This document shows, in pieces, positions 36,820-50,680 of a stretch of DNA of 64,000 bases; position 1 is the stretch's first letter; every line of letters begins with the position of its first letter. The notes under the pieces are model-generated. The model made no database searches, was not told the origin of the DNA, and worked only from the letters and a program-made list of their open reading frames with translations. The position numbers and the translations under genes were made by a program. The stretch lies in NCBI GenBank assembly GCA_012026655.1, contig JAAILG010000001.1, positions 186,001 through 250,000 on the forward strand. Direction: 5' to 3'. This DNA is from Hydrolagus affinis. Taxonomy: Eukaryota.

Positions 36820-36992
36820 GAATCAAAGAGGAACCTCAGCCACTTGATCTCATCTTTCCACAACACAAATTCTACCATCCACCCAATACATTCATTAAAC
36901 TGATCTTAAATGAGTCCAGTGTCCTGGTTCCTTACCACCTCTTCTGGCAACCTGTGCCTCCTATCGATTTATCTCTGCAAATAAATAATCTT
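36820..36992 (-). mobile_element. Old CR1 3' end remnant
   Basis: CATTAAACTGATCTTAAATGAGTCCAGTGTCCTGG...ACCACCTCTTCTGGCAACCTGTGCC...CTCTGCAAATAAAT resembles the reverse complement of FF.QR....WN.LPEEVV.....FK..LD. Confidence 0.5.
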
Positions 36993-38094
36993 GGCCCGCT
37001 GCCTCACATCCAGTTAAGCGGAAACATTGGCCAGGAGTTATCATTGTGATGATACTAAAACTGGTTACCACTGGGAGAAAATGTAGAATGAAGAAGAAAG
37101 TTTTTCAACATGCAGTGAAGCAACCCAACAACATCGATCCTCTATGGAGCACACTTATCAGTAACACTTTGGACCTAATCCAGTCTCACAAACCTTGAGG
37201 CATAGTTCTCATCATTTCAGTTTTCTAATATAGTTAAATGCACATATTTAATCCCAGTGGTGTGGTTTTCAAAATATGTATATATTACGATTCAGAAACA
37301 GCAGGAATCCTAGATTCTGTTCATTTTTATTATAGTCTACCCTCAACTTTTCAAAGGCCAATCCATTTTTTTTTAAAGAAATTCTATGATGTGGTATTTC
37401 CCTTGCTGTTAAGTATAACATTCTAGCAGTGTATTCAACTAATGTGTTTCAAACATTCTCATGCCCTGTGAGATAGCAGTCACATTCCCCCTCACACGCT
37501 ACCAAAACTTTCCCCTTCTCCATTTGCATTTTGGGGTCTGATTTCTCCAAGTCAGAAAATCAACATTTGCTCTCTGAGCCATGTTCATCAAATGATTTCC
37601 CTCTGTGCAATGCTTGTCCTTCACATGGACCTTTTTTTTTTAAAAAAACGCAACTCAGTTGGTTCAAAAGCCATTTTAGGTGTGAACTATACATCGGGGT
37701 CTAATTTGCTGTATTTTATACCAATAATACCTAATAAGGAATCCAAATGGTACAAACTAGGATTCCTTCTGATAACCGGTTATGGCAAGTATAGGAACTA
37801 ATCCCATGTGATCTGTCTGGCCATTGTGCATTCTAACAGGGTTCCTTATTAAATAATCAGATTATGAAATGCTACAAGTTGACTCTGTTACTGAAAGTGC
37901 ATTGCCATTTTGCTCTGTTTTCATTAACTCTATTAAAATTGCATCTGTCACAGATGGCATTTAGGAAAAAATGCAATTTCATTATTGTTCCATTATAAAT
38001 GTGTTAAACTGGACTAACTTTCCAATTTTACTGGGTAGAGGAATATGAGGTGGGTTAGGTTATTGTAACTTGTTACGAAACTGAATTCTTTTGA

Positions 38095-38325
38095 TATATT
38101 TGGTGAAATTTGAATTGGATACATGACTTTCTCAGAGGACGTAGGCACTGGGTCATAATAAATGGATGTTCATCTTTTTATAACAGCACCTCTGCACAGG
38201 TCCCCTAGGGAAGTTGCTTGGCCTCAATCTGTTCATCATCTTCATCAACGACCAGCTGCTCACCTGCCACACCATCAAAAATGTTATTGTTATATTTGCT
38301 GACAATGGCATTACCTGCAGATTGC
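38095..38325 (+). mobile_element. Degenerate non-LTR retrotransposon RT fragment (CR1/L2 group)
   Basis: Translates LNWIHDFLRGRRHWVIINGCSS...G.LGKLLGLNLFIIFINDQL...IFADN, matching WI..FL..R.Q.V.ING..S...GVPQGSVLGPLLF.IFINDL...LFADD. Confidence 0.75.
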
Positions 38326-38990
38326 TTAACTCTTCATCTGAAAGAAAAGCAATGGCTGTATCACTGCAGGCTTTTGCAGGCAAAATCGTGATATTGGCTT
38401 GGAGGATGCTTATTTACCTTCAAGACCACTTCATTTCAACAAACATTTGTTGGGTTTAACCTGACTTTCCATCTGAGCCACGGTGAGTCAATAAAAGAAG
38501 AAATGATACTTGAAACCAGCAAGTGTAGATTTAAAAGTAAACAGAGCTTCACGTAAAAGTAGATATCAGAATTGGTTTCCCTCCACATACAAGCTATATT
38601 AGCGCAAGCCCAATTATATTGGATGATGATAATAGTTTTGTTGATAAATTTATTCATCAGTAAAATTGCGTATTATTTAAGAATGGAATTGGAGTCATTG
38701 AGACGAAGGAGAGGACATTGACGTTCTTAACTAGATATAGAATAATATGAGAGAGCCAGTGTAACATTAATGGCAGGGAAGTCTTGCCTAACAAATCTAT
38801 TACTATTGTGCATGGTGAAAAGAGGAACTCTGGATATTTGCATATAAGGATTTTAGCAAATCCATGGACTCTGTGCCACATAAGAGACATAACATGAGGA
38901 AGCGTCTACCAAGGTGTGGATTTGACTGGAAATGAGCTAAGTTTCACTTTGTAATTAACAGTTTCAGGCTTAGGACAGCGTACAGTTTAT

Positions 38991-39068
38991 CCTGTAAAGA
39001 GCTTTGAAATGTCCTCCCAACAAGAAAGGTCCTACATTAAATACAAGGAATATTAAGATTATTATTGT
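38991..39068 (+). mobile_element. L2/SINE-type 3' tail fragment
   Basis: CTGTAAAGAGCTTTGAAATGTCCTCCCAACAAGAAAGGTCCTACATTAAATACAAGGA...ATTATTATT. Confidence 0.55.
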
Positions 39069-42000
39069 TTCCTTTCTACATAAAGCATTTGGAAATGAAG
39101 ATGCAAACAAGGTTAATGAGGTTGGTTGTTGATACCAGATTGGGGGAGTTGCAGTTGCTAACAATGGTGAAAAGGTTTCGTATTTGAGAATTCATCCCAC
39201 ATCACTGCTTTTCAAAGCCAGCCTTCTTCCCTCCATTGACAGGTTTTGTAATCTCCTCATGAAGTTTTGGAGTAAAGGGAATCCAGATTTTAATAATGTA
39301 GATGTGGCGAGTGTTTTCATTAAATGTTAGTACAGTATTATGTTATTATTATATCTTAGCAGGTCTATTAATCCCAAAGCCCTGCTCTTGCATCATAAGC
39401 TTCAACACCAATACCCCAAACTATCAGCTTATCTTCCATTTAAACATGTTGGTCCAAATGTTCTTCTTATTCCATGTATTATGTCCTTAACCAACCTTAT
39501 GTGTGCAATATGTATCTATTCAGCAATAACATATCATTATCTATTTGATTGCTTCAGGAAATACCTGTGCAGTATTTTGCTCTTAGATTTAACAATAAGC
39601 AGAATCATCAAGAGGTCACATACACTGCAGCATTGCAGAATAAAGGCCTTTACTAACTTTATAAACAGACCAGCACCACAAAATCATGTATGCTTTTGCA
39701 AGATCTCCATCTTCATGTCAGGTACACAACAGAGCTGCAGCTGCACTCAACAAAAATCACTCTGATTAGAATATCAATGTCAAAGCTTTACAAATTGTTT
39801 CTGCTGCCTGTATGATTCTGATCCAGATGTGTACACAAGATCAAATACAGATTAACCACCATCAGGTTGCTGAAGCATGTATTAGGCCACTGGAATGCTT
39901 TGGATTTCACCCCACAACATCCCAACACATATTCTCCAGTTATTTTTATGCTCACAGCAACCACCAGAGGAAACTGTGTGAGACATTTGCCCTCGTTACT
40001 ATTGCCTCTGGCTGCACCCTGTTGCTACGCCACCTAATATGCAACAGCAGTAAATGTGCACAGCCATTTTGTGTGCTTTACAATCCTCACGTGTGCAGTT
40101 AACATCTTGCAACAAGTTGATTTGTGGCTAGCATCTGTGACTGGTACCACAAAGGTAGGTCCTTTATAAAAATAAGAACAAATTATGGAGTATGCAACTG
40201 ATATGTGGTAGCTGTGTGGGGAAGATTTATACATTGAAATCCTGAAAGCTTTGAGCGTATATGTGTGTAAGGTGGTGGGGGGAGCAAAAGTCAATGGATC
40301 TGATTGATTGAAAGAGGCTGTAAATCTGATTCTCTAGTATTTAGTGATGACTTGAGAGGGAACAGTAACCGATATGACTTTTGGCCTAATAGAATACAGT
40401 ATCTAACAAAATCTCAAAGCTCATCTTTTGTAACTATTCTATTAAATCAAAAGACAAAGTACTTTCTTTCTTACAAATATTATTACACTTATGGTACAAA
40501 CCATATTCAGAATATATTGTTTAGGTACTGTAACAATTTAAATATGAATCCAACAGGAAAGTGTATTCTTTATACAAGTATTTCTTCACTTTTTTTCACT
40601 TTTTTTTCTCTCAGAACAAGGAAACTTTTACTTCCAGGTAATTTCTTATACAAACCAAACTTATCCTTTGCTTTTCCTAAATTGTGTCAATGTTTCAAAG
40701 TTGAATCATTTGATGTAAGCCCTTGTCAGTATGTTTGTTTTGTTTTAAATGGGGGAATTTTAAACATACATGACATATATATGGTTTCCTTTGTCTTGAT
40801 TATAGACTCAATAATGTGCTACATTTCTTTCTGCCAGCACAGTGTTGAACAGTGTAATTCATGGCCCAGCCATGCAACCTTATGGGTGAATCGGGTGCCT
40901 GCTTATAGGTGCGTTGGGAAGACCACGTACCCAGGTAAAAACACAAGGAAACACTGACTCAACCAAAACTCAATTGTTTGCTGTAATACAGTGTTTCCAA
41001 ACAAAACCATCAGGGATTGGCTATTCCTAACTGGATGGCCTGGATTTCCACATGTTTCATGAGAGTATTGGGCATACGAATTACAAGCCATGAGCCTTAT
41101 TGATATGGTGAAAGTTACAGATACCAGATGCCAGGCTGCAGGGAATCTTGTACACAAGGAAAGTAGAAAATGGATTGCACTATTTCGTAAAAGAAAGGTG
41201 TCGCTGAAGAAAGAAATACAAGACTATTTTTGTATTTTTGCAAATAAACTTGGAATTGCTGCATTGGAGCAATAGATTAAATTAACGTCGTATTTTCACT
41301 GGAAAAAAAAATTGATACAGAGCTGCATCAATGATTTGCAAAACTAACCCTTTTAAACTTTCTTATGTTCGATTTCAAATTCCAATTGACTAAATCTAGA
41401 TTGATAGACAATTATAAATAGTTTTGCAAACAGTATTATTATGTAGTTTCCTTGCAACATCTTGGAGCAATAGGTACTAGAAGTAATGTGAAATACACTT
41501 CTATCTATTGCAGTAAGAATTGATTGTGAATTCCTGTATTGTGACCAACAAGTTTTGTCAATGATTACCACAGGTTATGACCATAGTTACGAAATGAAAC
41601 AAAGACCGGACAGATTCAGGGCATTTCTTCTTCGAATGACACTTCTGCTGTTCTCTCACACAACTTCATTAAAAGCACATCATATTTTGGAAACACTTGG
41701 GGGTGTTGATGAAAACTGTGAATTGGATCTGTTCCAACCAACAACCACATGGAAGATTCCATAGACTTAAGTCTCCCTTGAGGACTTCCTTTGTCTTGAA
41801 ACTTCTGTTTTGAATATCAAAACCGCTGTTTTCAATGAGTTGTTCATATTTTTTAAAGGATTGTTCGTTATTTGGTACTTTCAATCCGTACTATTTCTTT
41901 TTAACAGGAGGACATCAGGAGAACATGGTGTGTAGAGGACATTCTACACACCATCAAGTAGTAATAAATGGTATGTGTTGAATCTACATAGCCATAATGC

Positions 42001-42080
42001 ACATAATGTTTTTTATCCTGTCTGCCGGGGGATTTAATGATAACAATTTACATTTTGGGTCCTTCCTCCTGGGTCATATA

Positions 42081-42245
42081 GACTCCTATTGTAGTTAAAG
42101 CGCTCGTCTCACAAGCGAGTTTGATTCCCAGCAGGGCAAAACAGTGGGCACGTTTTCTTACTCCACACACCTCTGTTTACCTAGCAGTAAGTAGGAACCC
42201 AACTATTAGTCAATTGGTGGATCACTTTTCATGGAGTAATATTAT
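42081..42245 (+). mobile_element. SINE 5' half (long subfamily), 3'-truncated
   Basis: GTTAAAGCGCTCGTCTCACAAGCGAG...TTGATTCCCAGCAGGGCAAAAC...CTTACTCCACACACCTCTGTTTACCTAGCAGTAAGTAGGAACCC. Confidence 0.85.
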
Positions 42246-43216
42246 CTCTTCAAAATGAATAATTATTATAATTAATTTTCCTCTTCGCCTGGCATGAACA
42301 GAGGTGGAGTTTTACATGTTAGTGATCAAACAATGATTGCCAATACCCTGCCTTGATTTCCAAACTAATGCAATTTGTCTACAACAATCTCACATGGGTT
42401 GCGGTTGAATTTGTCCTCATATCATTTGTGCCACAAGCAAGTATTCTGCAAAGTTAAAATAATTTTTTATTACAATGTCAACTAAACTTTGCATTTACAT
42501 GACAGCTCATTGCCACTTCATAAATCCACTGTAAATTGGATTTCACTGTCCTTACATCATCAGTTAACAAAGGAGAATACTGGACCTTACAACAGGGTCT
42601 GATTTCAAGTACTGTGTCAACCTCTTTATTTGATGACAATCAATTTTGACTGAATGATCAACCCCTGTGGAGGCAAATGTTTCTCAAAATAAACTGTGCC
42701 CCATTATATATATTACATTGGAATATTTTAACCAAAGGTTGTTATCCCTAAAGGCATCATGCACACTCTTTCCATAAAAAATGCTGTGCTCCCATCTTCA
42801 AATGTATTTTAAACCCCACACAACTTTTCATGATATAAAGTGCATGTAAAACCATAACAGTTTATTCCAACAGACTCCATAATGCATAAATCTCTATTGA
42901 TGACACCACTTTCAACTGAACTCACTCATACTAAATTAGAAAATATTGCTGTGTCCTTCTTACTTGCCTGGCTATCTTTCTCCATTTTCTTCTACTTCTC
43001 ACTCAGTCATTGATTTACCCTGCACAATGCATGTACAGTATTATGCTTATGATTCATTTGACTTGACATGGATATAAGGAGGTAACTGTGATTTCTATAA
43101 CATAGTTCCAGAATGCATTGTAGTTTCCTGTATTTCCTTTCCAGAAAACAGTCTGCCGGCATTATTTACCCCCAAAATTATGTTTTATTCCATCAATATT
43201 AATGACAAAGCTTTTT

Positions 43217-43469
43217 ATAATAATAATGCTTTGCATTTGATACAGCACCTAATCACGTCTTTGGGGTAGCTCAAAGAGCTTCACAGAATATACTATAACC
43301 TGAATGACTCTACAGTCGTGGATTGAGTGACCATATTTTTTTTAAAGAGTTTATTACCTCCAGAAAAGCGATCAACTAATGAACGGGTTCCTACTTACAG
43401 CTTAGGTAAACAGCGACGTATGGAATAAGGAAATTTGCCCAAAGTTTCGCTCTGCTGGGAATCAAACCA
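43217..43469 (-). mobile_element. SINE (long subfamily), head partly lost
   Basis: (AAT)n GCTTTGCATTTGATACAGCAC...CTCAAAGAGCTTCACAGAATATAC...GGGTTCCTACTTAC...CTGCTGGGAATCAAACC. Confidence 0.85.
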
Positions 43470-46400
43470 ATGTATGTAAAGGGTGTATAATGTGCTTTTT
43501 AGGCCATAAATGTCATATGAATTCATTGTAAACTACATTACAGATATTATTTCCTACTTATATTCTTCATTCAGAAAAGTATAACTGTTTGAATTTATTC
43601 TTATTGTTTATGTTATTAAACACCAGATGCTGGTGCATTAGAAGTTGAACGAAACCGTGTGATTTGAGAATCTCGTAATTGAATAATAAATTATCTAACC
43701 TCCAATCAAATTAAACTATTAAATCTTATACTTAAAACAGCTACAATTATATTTCCCTACTTAAAATTCATTTTGATTCAGCCCTCGTGCCCAGCCTCCA
43801 TGTCATTTTCTAATAGTGTTAATTATAAAAGCTCCTGCCCATATTCGACTGTGAACTGGGCAGTAAAAGATATTCTTATAACGATAATCAATATTATTAA
43901 AACTAATATCCTCGATAAGACACAATATTAACATTACCAATACTTCTTAAATCTCTTCTGTCTGCGAGACAACTTTTCAACACTCGCCTACCCCTCTAGA
44001 GTTTTCAAAATAGAGTATTATTTACTGAGAGTGTGAACATGTACATTTCCTGAAAATTGAAATGCAAATGCATTTCACTTACAAAGCAGCTAAGATTTCT
44101 ATTAGTGTCTAAATATTATGTTTTCTAAATGTTGTCAAATCACAGTATACAGTATTAATATTTGCATTTTTATAGACAATTATTTTTTTCTCCATCAAGG
44201 GTCAGGAAAACCCTTCTACAATGGATCACTGAGTCCTTTTTATTCATTGGTTGTTAATGTCTTATTACAGATGAGACCAATCTGCAGGTTTTGAAATAGA
44301 GCAGATTCTAATAAATTATCGTTTACTTATGCTTTTAAAGCACCAAATACGTAATAAATCCACACCATCATGAAAATCAAGCTAAAATGTTTGAAAAAAA
44401 TTAAATTTGTTCAATTTGGGGTCAAGGTTGAGCAGCTAAATATATTTGAAAAATCATCTACTTATTTTTCCTTATGCTTAGCCAAACATAATATAAATGC
44501 CACTGTAGAAAAACACTCATTGAATGAAAAAGGGGAGCAAGGAAAATAACAAATGTCACGTGACAAAAGGTATTTATTTTGAATCAAAACATTTTTCTCT
44601 TGCTTTCTAATGTAAATTTCATTCTGGAATGAACACTCATGGATTAAAAAAGGCACCAAGCAAGATAACAAAGAAATACAGTATGATGAAAATGAAACAG
44701 TACCAACCTTGTATTTATAATCACTGTGGCAACCTTTAATATGATGTAAGTGTTTTAGTGGATTTTATTTTTTGTCAACAAAAAAATTGTATTTTAAATG
44801 TTTAATTTAAGTCATTTGGCATCGGGAATGTAATTTATTTCCAGCTCTTTTTCCTTTTTGGACGTGGCACAAATTCAAGTGCTTTGGAACCAGGTTCAGC
44901 CAGGATTACCAAAACACAAATGGGACATATCACAGGGGGGTCATTTTCTAAAAAACATGGAACCAAACAAGTGGTCCTCAAGCCAAAAGGGAACAGAGTC
45001 TGCTCAGGATGAATGCCAGATCTACAACCACCCTCCCTCTACCTTTCCAATTCTCAGCCCTGCTTAATTATGATTAATTGCTGCATGGATAATCAGATAC
45101 AGCTTCAAAGGTTGGCCATGACAGCCCAAGGACACCGGGGAAGAAGCAAGGTAAGTATTCATGAGGAAACCGGGTCTCTTCTTCAGCCTGTAACCTCACT
45201 TATTTTAACAATTCCAAATAGAATTAATAAGAACATTATATGGTTCAGGTACTTGGGGAATAGATTCGACTGCACAATTTCTACTGCTGTCATTTTTAGA
45301 GCTCCTGTCAATAATTTCATGTTTGCGTGCCTTTCTCTGAATGACAGCAGTTTTAACTTTCTGTTTTATGTCTGTGCTTTCTGGGTGGCAAAGCATGATC
45401 AGAAAATAAAAAAAATCACTTCAAGGTTGCATTCATGATATAGCATTTAATAGACTGCTGTATTTCACCCCCTTTATTTTTATTTCATGCGCTCAATTCA
45501 GCACAGTATGAAAACTGGAAGATTTTGACTTGCCAGCCTTTCCCTCAATTTAAATCCCTTTGGCAAAGGCATTGATCACAGTATGCCATTTCCAACCTAA
45601 CAGAACTGCTAGGCCTCGTTCAAGTTGTATTATTACTAGGAGGCAAATCCCTAGGTTCCAGGCGCCAGTATTCCTGCTTTGGCTCCCTTCCCAGTATTGT
45701 TCCCTGCGTTACATACCAGAGTGCCTCTCAACCAGTTAATGTCTACTATGGGAGGTCTGATTATCCAGGGCTCAGAGCTGGACTTGGTTAAGGAATCCAA
45801 AACACCAACTTGTCTTGGAAAGATGATTTTTTAAAAATTTACATAGAGTTGCGTTATACTTTAATCTGCCTTTGAATTAATACTGTACTACAGTGAAACT
45901 ATAATTTTTGAAAGATCGCTATACCTGTAGTTACTTTCTTAAATTCCCAGTCCTTAACATCAAGTCATTTTCGACCTGAGATCACCAAAGTTATTATTTT
46001 CACACTGATCTTTACTAGTGACAGTTTATATCTGTTTCAAGTTTGCATTACTTTTATACATATATATGTATAAAGACACGATGTGTAAGCACTTTTCAAA
46101 AAGTTCATTGCAATTGTAAAGAAATAGCGGTTGGATTAACTGCCCAACAGTGAAAAAATTTGTATAAATCTTTCATGTTGCACAAATTGTACAGCCTAAA
46201 TTTGTTCCTTTTCTGCATTGGTGTCAGAATGACCTTATAGCTCATCTCAAATGACGAAAATTCAGTTCAGCGTTAAATAAAAAAGCCCTCAAAGCTACAG
46301 TTCTTCACAGTTGCCACATTTGCTTCATATTATAGTCAAGAGATAAAGAGACCATTTATTAAATGATTTTCTTCCAAGCACCGTCAATTCTGAAAATATT

Positions 46401-49400
46401 CCAGATTTTGCATTGGGATCAAGGTATGAAATGTGAAGCTTATATATTTATGTGGCTGATTTCAGTCCCTTACCACTGGCTTTTTACTAGTGCCAAAATT
46501 AAAATTTGGGGCAAAATTAAAGGTCAGTGACACAGTCCCTCTTCACCAGCGACCATGATCAGCCAAGAAGGCAGGAAGCCTATGACTTGTCATTAAGCTT
46601 CTGGCAATATCACACTGTAACTGGCTCCTGTTAAGCAAGGCGTGGGTGGCTCAACTTCCCATTTGCCTCACTTGTTGTGGGTAGGTGCCCAGCTTCACTC
46701 TCAGAAGGCACTCTGATGGCCCTGATACGATTGAGAACATTGTGTGTGAAAAATAGGCAAAAGCCAATGTCCCGAAGTGACTGGTGCATTTATTCAGTTT
46801 ATCTTAAGCAAACTAAACATTCCTGAAATTGACCTCCACTGCAAAATAAAGCCTCATAATGGATGGCTTCCGGAAGCTGCATTAATGTAGGTGCATTCCT
46901 TTGCTCTTACCTATGGGTTAGAAACAATAATTTTACAGAAACTAACGTGTACACTTAGAAATTAAGAGAACTTCCATAAACTCATGCGCACTGTACTTAT
47001 TTTGCAATTTATTTGAGATGTGTATTGCTGCCATGTGACATATGGACCAGTAAATAATCTGTGATAAAATAGGACTTGTTACTTTTTGTTATGCCTTCTA
47101 TGATCATTGATAAACTAAAGAAAGTGACTGCACATGCTAATCCTTCGCCTTATATTTCTGCTTGTGTAAGAAGGCATACTTTATGCTAAATGGGCGAAGA
47201 AAGATTTCTTAAATGCCTCACAATCAGTTCATCAAAACCACTAATTCATTGATGCTTATTATAACATACTCATTTTGCAGTACTTCAAATTGCAGACTTT
47301 AAAATTAGGAGAAAAAATTACATGTAATTACTAGGAAGTGAACAACACCTTAAAGATGTACAAGATAAGTTCAATTAGTTACATTAACAAACTGGCATTT
47401 GTTATCTGCCTGAGCAAAATTCTGCAATTCTTAAAGCTGACAGTTTTCCAGAAACAACAAGCTATCTTCACTTCTTCTTAATACCTTGTATAAGACAATC
47501 TGAGGAGTATTATTTTAAGGTCTTATAAACAAATTTAATATATTTACGATTCATGTCAGCACCTATGTCACCACATTCTTCCAACCCATGCATTTCAACT
47601 TCATGATTCGTTTCAATTTAGGAATGTCAATGGAGTCAGTGTTTGGGGAATCATAACACGTTTAATCCTTTTCTCTTTTAAAACTTTAAAAAGTAAAATA
47701 TTTGCCACTGAGTGCTGAATTATAGGTCGGACCTGTACCATAAATTCAAAACGTTGAGGTCATTTATAATATGATGTGTTGTAAGGGAATTTCATTATGT
47801 TTAAAAGAATGTAAAATGTGTCAATTTGATTCAAATGAGAAGTATATTAAAACCATGTTTGATGTTCACGTGTAATAAATCTCTAACAGTCTTCTGTAAA
47901 AGATTCTGGAAACCCACAGGGAATCTATCGTTATGATGGTGACACATTTTGAACTGGAATTTTTTGTTGTTGAAATTTACCATATGGGAAATGGACAGTT
48001 AAGGAGGTAGCCCAACATAGCAATTTGGTGAATGAACTATATTTCCTGTATAAGCTCGAAGGTGGAATAAAGCGTGACTATTGACAAGACATTATGTCAA
48101 TGTAAAGTATAAACTCAGAAGTCTTAGGAGCAATGTGGTTTTAGTTCTTTCATTTACCTCCCCTTGTCATTTATTTCATTATAATTATTAGCTTCAAATA
48201 TCCCAGAAAGCGGTTCTGTTTTATACATTCCGAGATTTGAGCAAAGGGACAAAATAGAAACTCTGTTCCAACATATAGTTGCATCTATTTCTCTGCACAA
48301 TATCCTTATAATATTTAGCCATTGTGGTGTTTCTAAGCACGGAGTACTGTGTTCAGATATTTTAGAATTACCTGGGTACATGTACTATTGGAGGCAATTT
48401 TATGTACATTTACATTTGCGCATTTTACACAGTACAGCCTAAGATTGTATTAGTTTACTTAAAAACTGGAATCCATTATTTTGAGAACAGTGAAGCAGTC
48501 TTACTTTTTAATAAAAAATTTTATCCACTAGAATGCAGTGAAACTACTGAGTTCAAACAAGTTATGTTAATGTAACCAAATTAATCCACAATTTAGGTTT
48601 ACAAACAATATACATGACTAAGAACTAATGTAGTGAAAAGGTATTGTAATTGGATGTAAGTTTGCTTTTACACAATTACACCTACACAAGGAAGCATATG
48701 AGATGGAATATGGAGAGGATTATCTGAGACGTGAAAGGCGATCTTATATTCTCTTGATGTGAGAAAGATGTGAACCAATTGGATAGTTGATTGCTGCTAA
48801 CTATAAAATCTCTTCATCATTGCATTTTACAGTCATACCATTACAGAACATTGTTATTGCAGACCTCCTGTTATGCGAAACCTTTTCCTGACCATGATTG
48901 AAGTTCCATTAGGGTCAGCAGAGCAGATCAAACGTCGATAAAATGACTTCCTGATAAAACCACTTTGATGATTCAGAAGTGTTTAGCAACAATGTTTAAC
49001 TGTACTCACTTAGCATGGATGCTAATACATATTCATATGAATGTGTGATGATGTGTGTCTATTTATTACTGTTGGGAAAATATTTTATTAAATCAGCTTC
49101 TTTCTTTACTCCATTTTTATTGGTGCCCAGGACACCAGATAATGTGGGAGTCAAAGGTATGAATGGGCATATGTTTTGGTTCTGCCCTAATCTCATCAAA
49201 TTATGAACTAACATCTCAAATGCAATACACTAGAATAATGTTGTCAAGTTTCATTACTTGTATATGCTATTATGAAGGGGTTGATACTGCACACACATGA
49301 TTTTTGCTAGTGAGAGCCGGGAGGCATAATCCCATTTTCCTGAAGGTCAGTTCCATAGTGCCTTCATTTTGGGGAGATGTTAGCAAAAGAATGCATTGAC

Positions 49401-49639
49401 TTTACTATTAAGACTTCTTGCTTTTAGAAGACTTGATTTCTCCCTCTCTCCAATGTTTAATTATACGGAGTGGTGCATAGATAGCCCAATGAAATGAATA
49501 GAAATTCCTCACAATAATGGGAACAAAGTAACTGGATGAAATTAAGAATGCTTTGAGGAAGTGGGGTGGAGAGGAGCGGGGATTTAGAATTCTGGGTTGG
49601 GTATAAAAAGCTGTGAGGAAGACCATGGAATAAGAGATG

Positions 49640-50008
49640 GCAGCCAAGAGCTCAAATGGGATGCACCTGGATAGATTACTGACAATCATGTTCAATGTAG
49701 ACAAATGAAAGATTTTTCATATAGGAAGTAAAAATAGGAAGCACATGTACTCGATGAATGAGAAAGAGCTCGAGGAGCTGGAAGTTGACAGAGATTTAGA
49801 GTTGTTAGTTAATTCAGCGCTCACAAAGCTCAGACAGTGTGAAACAGCAACAAACAAGGGAAACAGGATGGACAAATCATTTGGGTTCCAGAAGTTATGT
49901 TCAAGCTGTACATCATACCTGGAGTATTGTGAACACTGAACAGTTTTGATTACTTTTTTGTTTGGTCAACCGGGTGTCTGACATTTGCAGAAAACCAACA
50001 CGATGCTT
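49640..50008 (+). mobile_element. Degenerate CR1 ORF2 fragment (RT C-terminal part)
   Basis: MFNVDK*KIFHIGSKNRKHMYSMNEKELEELEVDRDLELLVNSAL...QCETATNKGNRM...LEYC matches CR1 M.FNV.KCKVMH.G..N...Y.MNG..L.....ERDLGV.V...L....QC..A..KANRM...LEYC. Confidence 0.8.
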
Positions 50009-50496
50009 AAACCAAGATGAAATTTCCATGCATCCCACCTACACATGGAAATCCAAGAGACAGATTGTTGCAATGGAATGTGCACCCTCTCCCTAACCTT
50101 AAGAGAGACTGACACATCCTGCTTACCTTATTCTGGAAAATATTAAGTGCAGGTTGGCAAGAGCCATGGCTTGGGAACCTCAGAATGCGCATTGGGGTAA
50201 CTGCTGGAGTCTAACCAGCTAAACCCGCAAAACCTTGCTATTGATATTGCTGTTCAGCAAACTTTCCCGCTGCCTGTCAAGCTAGGATCACCCGCCAATT
50301 AGGGCTTTGGCTTGCAAGGATATCATGCAATATATGTGGGATGACTCCCTGACCCCAGTGACTAGCCTGCCCTTTCAGATCCAGCCAAAGAGCCAGGCTG
50401 ACTGTGTTGCCATCAGCAGTGCCCTGGAATACCATGGACCCACCTGGCTCAGGAACCGACTACCGGGTAAATCCAAAATAATACTTTAATATTTTC

Positions 50497-50680
50497 CAAG
50501 ACAGTAGGACAGGAGGACACAGGAGCATCACGAAGAAAATGTTTAAGGCAGAAGTATTTCTTCACAAGAGTAATTTTAACATCTTTTATCAGATAGTCAT
50601 CAAGGGCCAGGCAGTTTAATTGAAATATGAAGACAGTACAGTTTCTATTCTAGAAGAAGACATCTGAATCTTTCTTATGA
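50497..50680 (+). mobile_element. Probable continuation of the same CR1 (3' end)
   Basis: DSRTGGHR...RQKYFFTRVI resembles SRTRGH...R..FFTQRVV. Confidence 0.5.

Noticed and set aside
40304-40957. Longest ORF in the track (217 aa)
   Set aside because: Non-ATG start, AT-rich composition (many F/Y/I/L/N/K) and no recognisable domain; consistent with a chance ORF.
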